Positions 28,059 through 40,504 of a stretch of DNA of 64,000 nt are shown one piece after another. A program made the position numbers and the translations under genes. The notes beneath the pieces were generated by a model that had not been told where the DNA came from, did no database searches, and saw nothing but the letters and a program-made list of their open reading frames with translations. Numbering within the stretch: position 1 is the stretch's first letter; each line of letters starts with the position of its first letter. Origin of the DNA: Octopus vulgaris (lineage: Eukaryota); assembly GCA_951406725.2 (NCBI GenBank), contig OX597842.1, positions 6,634,001 through 6,698,000 on the forward strand. The letters run 5' to 3'.

Positions 28059-28733
28059 AATTGGGTTGAAGCAGTTATCAGGGTAGACTTGAAAGTGGAG
28101 TCACTGCATCTCCCATAAATAGAGCAGCCTTATTCTTCGCTGAACTGTGGAACTGGTTTAGATCAAAGGTTTTATTGGGGGAGTGTAGTAGGAAGGATGT
28201 GGGGATGCAGGTCATGGTTATTTACTTATTTATTTACTTATAGTCAGAAGGGCTGGACACACAGACACACACTCACACCAACACAAACACACTCATGACT
28301 ATTTAGATGGCCACTAAGATTGGTAGAAAGAAACGAGCAATTATCCTTGAACCAGATATCTGGCCTGAATCATTGCAATGGAGCAAACTCCACTCAGAGA
28401 CCCCTCCCACTCCAAGGACCAGGTGCTGGGGTTGAACCAGACTCGTACAGATTAATTCTATAACATATATCTGTAGTCAGTTGTTGCAACTGTGACTGTT
28501 CATGACTTTGATAAGCTTTCTCCATATTGGTTGCTTTTTTTTGCTTGAGTTTATCCTTTATTATGATTAGGAGTGGTGCAGAAGTGGTTGTGTCACAAGT
28601 AGCTTGCTAACCAGCCACTTGGTCCTGGGTTCAGCCCCACTTTGTGGCACCTTGGGCAAGTGTCTTCTACTATAGCCTTGGGCTGACTAAAATCTTGTGA
28701 GTGGATTTGGTAGATGGAAACTGAAAGAAGCCC

Positions 28734-28795
<62 letters not shown>

Positions 28796-29301
28796 TGTGT
28801 GTGTGTATGTTTGTGCGTCTCTGTTTGTCCACCCCCATCGCTTGACAACCGATGTTGGTGTGTTTATGTCCCCATAACTTTCCGGTGCTGTAGAATGGCC
28901 ATAGTCAAATGACTGAAACAAATATAAGAATAAAAGAATTCCTTTTCCATTTTATTTTCCTTTTTGCAATATCTTTGAATCTCAGTCTAGATCTTCCTTG
29001 GGTTTTTGTTCGCCCCCCCCCTTGCATAGTTGGGAGTAAAGTATTTGTCTGGAGAATCTGTAGTCATCCATCCCGTGTATGTGTCCCAGCCACTATAAAT
29101 TTCTATCAATGAGGATTCCATCATAGGAAGCAGACTAGCACATCATAGAATCTCTTCATTCCTGATCTCATCAAAGAGAGTATATTTGGAATTTGTGATA
29201 TATATATATATATATATGAATTTTGCCTTTTTGGTTACCTATATTATAATGTATTTAATATATTGTAATATATGAATATACTATCATAATATCTTATGAT
29301 A

Positions 29302-29366
<65 letters not shown>

Positions 29367-29584
29367 ATATTTCGGAATGGTCATATTGCCAGTTTAGCCA
29401 ATAAAAAATCTTGCACAACAAATATTTAAACGTATATATATATATATACATATATGAATTTTGCCTTTTTGCTTTTAACTGCTATAGTTACCAATATTAT
29501 AATGTATTTGATATATCGTGATATATTAATTTACTATTTTAATATCTTATTGTATTTTTTAGTGTGATCACTGCTAGAGCAGCT

Positions 29585-29982
29585 GATTGGCTTCTGTGCC
29601 GCTGGCACGTAAAAAGCACCATTCAAGCGTGATCGTTACCAGCGTCACCTTACTGGCACTTGTGCCGGTGGCATGTGGAAAACATTTGAGCTAGGTCATT
29701 GCCAGTGCCACTGGACTGGCTCCTGTGCAGGTGGCATATAAAACACACCACTTGAGTGTGGCCATTGCCAGTACTGCCTGACTGGCCCTCGTGCCGGTGG
29801 CACATAAAAGCACCCACTACACTCACGGAGTAGTTGGCGTTAGGAAGGGCATCCAGCTGTAGAAACTCTGCCAAATCAAGATTGGAGCCTGGTGCAGCCT
29901 TCTGACTTGCCAGACCCCAGTCAAATCGTCCAACCCATGCCAGCATGGAAAGCAGACGTTAAACGATGATGATGATGATGAT
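29585..29982 (+). mobile_element. RTE-tail element with four diverged GTGCnGGTGGCAC modules
   Basis: Same 3' end as 4871. Other copies at 30835-31125(+), 34027-34440(-), 35560-35835(+), 37915-38115(-), 49290-49480(-), 52600-53170(-). Confidence 0.8.
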
Positions 29983-29984
29983 AA

Positions 29985-30028
<44 letters not shown>

Positions 30029-31123
30029 TGTGTATACACACACACACATATATATTGTGTTGTGACCCCCTTCAGTCATGAATGACCATGGGATTGCACC
30101 TAGAAAGTTACCCTCTGAGGCACAAGTCTGGGCAAGGTTGTTTATGGAAGACCAGCAGTCGCCCATGCATACCGACCTCCCCTCTCCATGCCACCAATTT
30201 TATCCAAGGGAAAGGCAAAGGGTCGATACAGCTTGGCACCTGTGACGTCGCAGTTCATTTATTAACGTGCAAGTGGCTGAGCATTCCACAGACACGTGTA
30301 CCCTTAACGTAGTTCTCGGGGGAGATTCAGCGTAACACAGAGTGTGACAAGGCTGGCCCCTTTGAAATACAGGTACAACAGAAACAGGAAGTAAGAGTGA
30401 GAGAAAGTTGTGGTGAAAGAGTACAGACTGTATAGTAATGGGACTGGGTGTGCTGTGTGGGCTGAGGGCAAAAGAGGGATAAGCATATTGTGCTATCATC
30501 TAACATGATTTCTTGGGAGTATATAACCGTAATCTTAGCTTTCTGCAATCATTCTCTCTCTGTTTTACTCTTTTACTTGTTTCAGTCATTTGACTGCAGC
30601 CATGCTGGAGCACTGCCTTTAGTCGAGCAAATCAACCCCAGGACTTATTCTTTGGAAGCCTAGTACTTATTGTATTGGACTCTTTTTGCCGAACCGCTAA
30701 TTTACGGGGACGTAAACACACCAGCATCGGTTGTCAAGCGATGTTGGGGAGGGGGGACAAACACAGACAGACAGACAGACACACACACACACACATATAT
30801 ATGTATATATAAATAAATATATACACATATATATGTGGATCATAGGGTGACCTGCTGTGCTTGAGGAGACCTATTGAGTCAAGTACATCAACATCAAAAT
30901 AAATATCAAATGGAAATTGTAGTTGTGATACCTGTGCTGGTGGCACGTAAAAAGCACCCACTACACTCACAGAGTGGTTGGCGTTAGGAAGGGCATCAAG
31001 CTGTAGAAACACTGCCAGATCAGACTGGAGCCTGGTGCAGCCTCCTGGCTTCCCAGACCCTGGTCAAACTGTCCAACCTGTGCTAGCACGGAAAACGGAC
31101 GTTAAATGATGATGATGATGATG

Positions 31124-31158
<35 letters not shown>

Positions 31159-31185
31159 TTTATAAATATATATATGGATATATAA

Positions 31186-31238
<53 letters not shown>

Positions 31239-31241
<3 letters not shown>

Positions 31242-32856
31242 ATATATAAAACTGAGAATGTGTGTCTGTCTGTCTGTCTGTCTGTGTGTTTCCCTAAAAC
31301 TTGAGAACTACACAACCAATTTCATTCAAATTTTACACATGCCATGTAGTTTCATGGGCAAAAAAAATGTTCAACTTCTTGCCTAGGGCGAGCCCATAGC
31401 AATATCATATCTTTTCCACTATTTCAGTATTACATATTAAAAGTGAAACAAAAACATTTCTCTATTTTATCTCAGATACTTTCACTTTAACAATAAAAAT
31501 TAGAGATAATAATAACAATAACAATTGAATTATATGTAGTAAGTAATAATTAAAATAAAGCTAAAGTATAATATAATAATTAAATCGTAACATAACAATT
31601 AAAAGTAAAAATAGCAATTGGTATAAAATTGCATCAATGACTTGAACTTGAATAAGTGGTTTCACATGAATGGGAATAAATTAAAAATAAAATTAGTGTG
31701 CAGAAATGGATTAGTCCAGATAGAGCTGTGCACATACCATTTACCACGGCTTTTACATTAGATTATCTGCTAATTAGCTAGCATTAAGTATTTATATGAA
31801 GTTTGGCTGTATATAATGTCTGTTTTCTCGAACAGCCGCTTCTACTGAGTACTGCTGTTAGTTTATTTCTTATACATAAAGGACTATAGCTTCAACTGCA
31901 TACTGCTTTTTGATTCACCGTAAGATTTGTTGTTATTATTATTACTGTTTAACTATTGTTATCACGCTTGTTGGTTCCTCGAAAGAGAAACGTTGTTGTG
32001 TTGCATTTGTTAAATAATTGTAAACTGTAACCCTCCCCCTTTGGGGGAAGGAGCTTTGGTTCTTGTTTAAAAATTGAATTGTGTCCCTGTTTGGGGAAAT
32101 TGACAATATTTTCACTGTTTATACGGAAGTATTTTTGTTAACATGCCTTCGATAGAAGAAAGTCCAAAAATGAATTTCGCTGCAGCTGTCGGTGGGCGCG
32201 AACTCATTGAAATTAAAATGGAAGAAATACAAACCTATTTCGGATTGATCACCGACAAAGACGGTGAATCTAGGATAACACCACCAAATGAAATAAAAAA
32301 TTAAATTGAAGAAAAGACTATTGTCTATAAAGTATACAATGTAGAGAAAAAAAAAAGATTTGAACACCTGGAGGAAAGCACCATCGGAAAGTGTCTTGGT
32401 GCGACTATGAAAGATATCTAACCAGAGGCGGTAAATTTGCCACAATAGAAGCAAGGTTCAAGTCAACGGAGTGTGCAAGGGAGTACTCGACTTGAACCTT
32501 GCAAAGTGGAAATATTTTATTTTTACCTTTATATGAGGGACGTAGGACGTCCCGGATAAAAATTAAAAATGTCCCCGCAGAAGTAGAGGTAGGCTGGATT
32601 GTAGCCACACTTCTATACAAGAAGGAGGACAAGATACAATTGATTGAAATTGCAAGAGATGGGCTAACAATTCCAGTCTGTTATATATTTTGAGTATTGT
32701 TATCACTAGCGATATCAAGCTATAACTTTGTATTTTGTATTCTATGTATAGATGTATATATATATATAGATGTACATGTAATATGTACACATATATATAT
32801 ACACATATATACATGCACTAGCACTATGACCCGGCAACGACGGGTCATAATGCTAG
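31239..32856 (+). mobile_element. Helitron-like 5' end (31239) and palindromic 3' end (32818-32856)
   Basis: A|TCTATATATAAAACTGAG start resembles the 46393 element start; gacccg..cgggtc hairpin plus CTAG|T. Whether both ends belong to one element is uncertain. Confidence 0.45.
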
Positions 32857-33039
32857 TATATATATATATTCATATATACAATGGACTTCTTTCAGTTTCC
32901 GTCTACCAAATCCACTCACAAGGCTTTGGTCGGCCCGAGGCTATAGTAGAAGACACTTGCCCAAGGTGCCACACATATTTTTTTCACATGCTTCTGTTTG
33001 CTTCTCTTCTGCAGGTCTTTCAGCTGTGAACACTTAGAG

Positions 33040-33312
33040 ATGAATGATGAACACCAAGCAACGACTAAACCTGAAATTCTATGGGAAAACTCCATCACAA
33101 GCACTTGAAATGCTTCAGCAAATGTATGGAGATAGCACTGTATTGCGTCCACATGTTTTTCAGAGACACAAGAGGTTCAAAGAGAGGCAGAAGGAAGTGG
33201 AAGCTGAGATGACCCCAAGTGCAGGAGGCCTTCAACAGGACGAAGGTCAACGTTAAGCAGGTAAGGCAGGTGGTGTGTGGCAATTGTCAGTTAACTCTTC
33301 GAATGATTGCAA
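33040..33312 (+). mobile_element. mariner transposase N-terminal HTH fragment
   Basis: QRLNLKF.GKTPSQALEMLQQMYGD...VFQRHKRFKE..EVE matches the Mos1-type HTH pattern. Confidence 0.8.
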
Positions 33313-33329
33313 GGTTTAGCTTTACTGAG

Positions 33330-34760
33330 GATTGACCATTTTAGCCCATATTCTGTTTTTTCCTCCCTAGGTTGCCATATTCGCTTGTATTTTCTCTGTT
33401 TTATGCCTATATGACGAAAAATGTGGTTTTTATTGTAAATGATGAGATATGGTTGTAAACCTATCAGTAATGTACCTATAAGGACTACTGAAAACTGCTG
33501 TAAACCAAATTTGCCCCAATAAAGAACAAAATATGTAATGACAATTATGTCTCACTTGCACACCGGCACAAGTGCCAGTAAGGCGACACTGGTAACGATC
33601 ACGCTTGAATGGTGCTTTTTTGCTAGTTCCAATGAGTGGGTTATTGAATTGTTTCATTTTACTATTATTAATGTTGTGCATATGTTGCTATAAATTAGAA
33701 AAGTTAGCACACGATACCTTCATGGTGTATCTATTAAAAATAGCATGGTATCGATTTGATTTGGGGAAACATTTGTCTAAACTAGCAGTCTTCATTGAAA
33801 CCCGTGAACCATAGACTGGGTTGTACCAGAGGACATCGTGATTCCTATATTTGATGTTTGGTTTATTTATTCTGGTGTGTTGTACAGGGTTGGGACAATT
33901 TATTGCTATGAACAATAGAATTATTGTGTTGTGTTTGGTTTGTAAGTTTATTGCCTTGACCAATTCTTCCCATCCTGTATTCTCAATCTGAGTCACTTTG
34001 CTTACTGTAATATTGCGTTGGTGTGCAATCATCATCATCATCATCGTTTAATGTCCGTTTTCCGTGCTAGCATAGGTTGGACGGTTCGACCGGGGTCTGG
34101 GAAGCCAGGAGGCTGCACCAGGCTCCAGTCTGATTTGGCAGTGTTTTGACAGCTGGATGCCCTTCCCAATGCCAACCACTCCGTGAGTGTAGTGGGTGCT
34201 TTTTACGTGCCAGGGGAGTCTGGCATCGGCCACATTCGGATGGTGCTTTTTATGTGCCACCGGCACAGAAGCCAGTCAAGGCGGCGCTGGCATCGGCTAC
34301 GTTCGGATGGTGCTTTTTACCTGCCACCGGCACAGAAGCCAGTCAAGGCAGTACTGGCATCGGCCACATTCAGATGGTGCTTTTTACGTGCCACCGGCAC
34401 AGGTATCACAACTACTATTTCCATTGATATTTATTTCGATGTTCATGTATGTATTATTATTGAAGGAATTGGCAGAGTTATGTATATTTGTGCCTTGTTT
34501 GTATTAGATTTTAACTCAGTGTCCAGCTCTCATTAAAGCAGGATTGTAATATGGTGCATGTGGTTCAAAAATTTCCTTATTAGAAGACAACCTAGACATT
34601 CTTATTGAAATGTTCTTAACTAATCCCGTATGGGTCGATGGTTGGATGCTACATTTATATACTTAATATTAACGTTTGGTTTATGAAAGGATTCAAATAA
34701 TCCAGTGTCAAGACAGAATGTAACAAATACACAATGAACACTGTGAAAGTGAATGTGCTT
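33330..34760 (-). mobile_element. Degenerate Penelope-like element (RT thumb to linker), interrupted by an RTE tail at 34027-34440
   Basis: HKPNVNIKYINVASNH, VLWYNP and LDKCFPKSNRYHAIFNRYTMKVS motifs typical of PLE ORFs. Confidence 0.7.
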
Positions 34761-35137
34761 TACTGGTAAGCTGCCAGGTATACACCATACATTTTATTAT
34801 CTAATAATATATATATATATATATATATATTTCGGTTTTGGATTTGGTTTGCAAGATTCTTTATTTGAGTTCGTGTGTTGAAGCATTTTCTGTTGTGTCT
34901 GGGGAGATTCATTTTTTTTTTGTGCCTTATAATGTAACACACTCACCGGTAAAATTTCCACTTATTTCTTATTTTTATTTTCTTGAGTCAAGACTATGAA
35001 AAGGTTGTAAGACACAACGAAAATTTTAGAAAATAAAAATAAATAAGTGAAAATTTTACCGGTGAGTGTGTTAAATAATAAGGCACTAAAAGAGAATGGC
35101 TCTCCCTAGACACAACAGTATATATATATATATTTGA

Positions 35138-35200
35138 TTTTTTTTTTTTTTTTTTTCCAGTTTCAGCTCATGAGCTGTGGCCATGCTGGAGCACCGCCAT
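35138..35200 (-). mobile_element. Isolated minimal 3' tail of the CR1/L2-group LINE with poly(A)
   Basis: ggcggtgctccagcatggccacagctcatgagctgaaac nearly matches 43870-43908. Confidence 0.75.
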
Positions 35201-35930
35201 ATATAGTTAATCCAAACATGAAAATACAAAGAGAAAATACAACAACGCGAGGATATGGAACAAGTATAGTGTTATTGGATGGTCAGGAAAGGAAAGAAAG
35301 AAGGAGGATCTAACGTTTTGAGCGGAGCTCTTCATCAGAAACATAGGAAAAGGAAAGGTCCAAGGAAGGGATGATGGAGGAAGAAAATCGCCAACGATAC
35401 ACACGCGGTCACATATTGAACTGACTGGAAGGGAATGGGTGAAGAAAAAGTTCTTTCAAGGACAGGAGAGTGCAAGAGAAGGAGGTATGTGTGGGTATGT
35501 GTGTGCGTGCAGGTCTGTGTGTGTGTATAATGGTAGCATGTGTGATATATATCAAGCGCTCATGTTGGCACCATTTAAAAAGTACCTGTGCTAGCGTCAC
35601 ATAAAAAGCACCCTTGCTGGTTTCGTGTAAGAGAGCACCTGTGCCAAGACCACGATAAAACTGCTTGTGCTGGCATCATGAGTACACTCCATAAAGTAGC
35701 TGGTATTAGGAAGGGCAACCAGCCATAGAAACCATACCAAAACTGACAACTGGAGCCTTGTGCAGCCCTGCGGCTTGCCAGCTCCTGTCAACTTGTCTAA
35801 CACATGCCAGCATGGACGTTAAATGATGATGAGGATAAGAATAATAATGTTGATATTTTGTTGGCCGTTCTGAGATACAATGATAAGAATAATGATGGTG
35901 ATAATATATATATATGCACACACACACACA

Positions 35931-35970
<40 letters not shown>

Positions 35971-36184
35971 CATACATATACTGAAACATACACATACACA
36001 TGTTTACTTGTACATGCTCATACACAATGTTATACAATAGAATTTTTAACAGTTACACTTTCATAACCTCAGTACATATTTTCTTCAATTCTAATTCTTC
36101 TCTCCCAGCTGCATGAATTATGGAAGCATATGGAAACACTTGAATGAAAGACAAATTAGATAAACATGTCGTCTATAAGAGGTA

Positions 36185-37220
36185 AAGATTGGTCTTCTAT
36201 TACAACTCCATTCACATCAAAGATGTTTTATGGGAATTTTAAATCTACCCTAGTATTTCACTGCTGCTTTATCATACCAACCTCAGAAGGTTGAAATATA
36301 AAGTTAATGTTAGTCTTCTATTATAATTCCATTGACATCCAAGACGTTTTATAGGAATATTAAATCTACCTTAGTATTTCACTGCTACTTTATTATATCA
36401 ACTTCACATGGACAAAAGGTAAAGTTTGTGTTAGTCTTCTGTTATAATTCCATTGACATCTAGGATGTTTTATAGGAATATTAAATCTACCCCAGTATTT
36501 CACTGTTACTCTATTTTATCAACCCCCAGAACGATGAAAGGTAAAGTTAATGTTAGTCTTCTGTTATAATTCCATTGACATCTAGGATTTTTTATAGGAA
36601 TATTAAATCTACCCCAGTATTTCACTGTTACTCTATTGTATCAACCCCCAGAACGATGAAAGGTAAAGTTAATGTTAGTCTTCTGTTATAATTCCATTGA
36701 CATCTAGGATGTTTTATAGGAATGTTACATCTTCCCCATATGAATGAAATGGAAAGTTAGTCTTCTGTTGTAAAACCATTCACGTGTAGGAATATTAAAT
36801 CTATCCCAGTATTTCACTGCCATGCCAGAAGGATGGAGGTTAAAGTTGGCCTTAATCTTCTATTATGATTCCATTCATGTCCATTCATTGATATGTGTAT
36901 TTTATTGCTATTTTATTTTATAAACCCCCAGGTACATGAAAAGTAAAGTTAGTCTTAGTCTTCTATTATAATTCCATTCATATCTAAGATGTTTTATAGG
37001 AATATTAAATCTATCCCAGTATTTCATTCCTACTTTTATTTTATCAACTCCAGATGGATGAGCGGTAAAATTCAACCCCAGATGAATGAAAGGTAAAGTT
37101 AGTCTAAATCTTCTATTATAATTTTATTGTCATTTTGGATGTTTGATAGGAATATTTGGTCTACCCTGATATCTTGCAGGCACTTTATTTTATTAACTTC
37201 TTCAAAGGGTGAAAAGTAAG
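36185..37220 (+). repeat. Diverged minisatellite, about 120-bp period, 8-9 units
   Basis: gttagtcttctgttataattccattgacatctagg at 36430, 36552 and 36674, with diverged flanking units. Confidence 0.85.
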
Positions 37221-38141
37221 GTGTGGTAGGAACTCAGAAAATTAAAGGCCATTACGAAACACAGTAATTCTCTAAGATACTCTTCTAATTCTGCTGGTCT
37301 AGTGTGACCTGTGGTTGGGTAGGGGTGGGAGATATGATAAGAAAGACAAGAAATTCTTTGTAAGTTAAAGGTTGCCAAGTTAGGATTCTGGCTTTTAATG
37401 AGACTAATTTAGATAAAATGATATTAGAGAGAAGTGGTGGTGGGGTGTGGGCTTGAGTTGATGGTGGTGGGGAAATAAATGAAATAAAAACTGTAAAACA
37501 CATCAAAACATCAAAACATCAAGCATTTTGGAGTCTCTGCTTTCAAAATAATTTCTGTTATTCTATAAGGGTGATAAGAACCACCGTAGTACATGGAAAC
37601 ATTGCATCAAACACACAGACACACAGACACACACACACATACATACGTGTGTGTGTGTGTTTGCATGCATATATGTATTCTTTTATTCTTTTACTTGTTT
37701 CAGTCATTTGACTGTGGCCATGCTGGGGCACTGCCTTAAAGTGTTTTTAGTCAAAGACATCGAGCTCAGGACTTATGCTTTGTAAGCCTAGTACTTATTA
37801 TTTTGGTCTCTTTTGACAGACCACTAAGTTATGGGGACATAAACACACCAACATTGGTTGTCAAGCAGTGATGGTGGGGAGGAACACAGACACAAAGACA
37901 CACACACAAAAACACACATCATCATCATCATCATCATCATTTGATGTCTGTTGTCCATGCTGGCATGGGTTGGACGGTTTGACCATGGCTGGCAAGCTGA
38001 GGGGCTGCACCAGACTCCATTCTGGTTTGGCATTGTTTCTACGACTGGATGCCCTTCCTAATGCCAACCACTTTGAAGAGTATAATGGGTGCTTTTACAT
38101 ACCACCAGCACAGGTGCCAGTTGCATGGTACCAATGTCTGT

Positions 38142-38174
<33 letters not shown>

Positions 38175-39019
38175 GACAGGTTTCTTTCAGTTTCCATCAA
38201 CCAAATTCACTCACAATGTTTTGGTTAGCCTGAGGCTATAGTAGAAGACACTTGCCCAAAGTGCCATGCTGTTGAGAAGCAAGTTTCTTATTTCTTTACT
38301 GCCCCCAAGGGACTAAACACAGAGGGGACAAACAAGGACAGACAAACGGATTAAGTCGATTACATCGACCCCAGTGGTACTTATTTAATCAACCCCGAAA
38401 GGATGAAAGGCTAAGTCGACCTTGGCAGAATTTGAACTCAGAGCGTAGCATCAGACGAAATACCTCTAAGCATTTCGCCTGGCGTGCTAACATTTCTGCC
38501 AGCTCGCAGAAGGCTGTGTGGTAAGAAGCTTGCTTCTTACCACAAAGCCTTGCCTGAGAGAGAGTGAAAGAGAAAAAGAGACATATGTCTATATACAAAT
38601 GTGCATGTGTGTGTATAGTAATGGAGTACATGCAGTTATTTATATGTAATGTGACTGAAAGTGAAATGACACCAAAACAATTGTGAGCAATATCTAACTT
38701 CTGTCACACTGATATCTTCATCTTTGTCTTATTTTATACGAGCAAAATGCCCCCCGTCCAATGGATGGTGCTGAGTTGTCAAAACATTTAAACCAAATTT
38801 TCTCAAACCAACTTGTCCGACCGTCTCATAGCCCCACCTCCTTTTGAGGAACACTGACTTAACCTAAATTTGAGACACCAGCAAAAGAAGAAATAAAGAT
38901 AGACTTTTTTCTATTCCAAAGAAAAACGATTTTATTCACAAAATATGCAACCGAAGAGTTTAAAGTACCAGCAATTATAAATACACATGATTTCTTTTTT
39001 AAATAATTAATTAATATAA

Positions 39020-39906
39020 ATAAAGATTCATCTCTGTGGTTAAATAAATTTGGAAAGTTTTAATCATTTCAGCCACTACTCTTGATTTATGTCCAAGCAT
39101 TTGTCCTTCAGACTGCAAAAAGGAGATGTGAAGAAGACAACTACCATGGACAATGAAATATATACAGACAACATGAACCGTTCCCTCTCTCACAATGAAC
39201 CCTGAACCCCCAAAACAGAAATTGGAGATGTAACAACACAACCCCTTTTTAGGGAGAAAATACTACAACTGTGCTCCAGACTCGATACGACTGAAGTTCC
39301 TGATGAACTCACAAAACACACAGACCCTAAAATTATAAATTTATCAACAGGGACCTCAATAAAAATTAAACGAGTCTCCTAGTAAAAGGTTTCAAATTTA
39401 CCCCAACACCCACTCCAAATGTTATAGAACTAAAAACCAATACTGAGAACTTGAACCGCCACCTCCATCTTGTAGAATTCTTTCACAAGAAAGCAGAAGA
39501 GGAATCAATCATAAGAAAAACTTTCATTTCACCCCTTACAAGGAGTGCAATAAACACCTTGATACATATATAGAAACAATCTCGAAACTCCATCTCAGTA
39601 TCCATAAATGCGAACAGATTCTTCAAAGACTATAGAACGACAATTCAATCATCCTAAAGGAAGCTGACAAGGATGGGGCGATAGTAGTCATGGACAGAGA
39701 CTTACTATAAAGAAAAAATACAAGAAATTCTAACTGATCAAATATATTATAAGGAAGAATCAAGACCCCCAGAAAAAAACAACACTGAATAAAATGAGAA
39801 CATAAATTACCAAATAGCAGGAGTCCTTCATGGATAAAGAGAAGGACTACTTATGCAACTCCATAATCAAAGAGAGCAATTTCTATGGATTTCCCCAAAT
39901 CCACAA
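39020..39906 (+). mobile_element. Degenerate Penelope-like RT N-terminal fragment
   Basis: IINLS, LLVKGFKFTPTP, IILKEADK.GAIVVMD and FYGFPQIH motifs. Confidence 0.8.
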
Positions 39907-40383
39907 TATATATATATATACATATATATATATCTATATCTATAAAACAGTCCTTGGACGAAAATTGTATGCACATTTTGCTCTTATGGTTAATGGCGCC
40001 CAAACCAAGGCTAGGATCGAGCTGAAAATTGTCAGGGATACTAAATGCATGGTGAGGATGAGACCCACGATGGTTAAAATCCACAAGCTATAAAGATGTG
40101 GTTGCCATGGCAAAAAGAGTGATTTTTTATCTCTCTATAATGACGTTTGACAGCTTCATATCTCTGTCACTCTTTCTCTCACTGTACATCTGTCTGTATC
40201 TATGGAGAGAGAGTGTTGACAGTTACAAAAGTTTAAATATTCCCGCCACAGGTCTTTTAGAATGGTGAATTATTATCGCCCACCACCATTGCTCAATATT
40301 AACAGATATTATTGATCAGATATATTGTGTTAATTTATATACATATGTGTGTATATAAATAAATATATATATATATATATAAA

Positions 40384-40494
40384 GGCGGCGAGCTGGCAGA
40401 AACGTTAGCACACCAGGCGAAATGCAATAGCGCGCGTTTCGTCCACCTTGACGTTCTGAGTTCAAATTCCGCCGAAAGGATGACCTTGCTTTCA
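40384..40494 (+). mobile_element. 5' head only of a tRNA-derived SINE, abutting the LINE
   Basis: ggcggcgagctggcagaaacgttagcac...gagttcaaattccgccga; the remainder of the SINE is not found after the LINE. Confidence 0.8.
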
Positions 40495-40504
40495 GCGCAC
40501 ACGG

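Noticed and set aside
29597-29830. CRISPR-like pattern of ~25-bp repeats with ~38-bp spacers
   Set aside because: Spacers resemble each other, the array is part of an RTE 3' UTR, the context is eukaryotic and there are no cas genes.
32130-32693. Possible retroelement ORF1 fragment or captured gene inside the Helitron-like span
   Set aside because: Frameshifted, with no diagnostic motif; needs a translated search.
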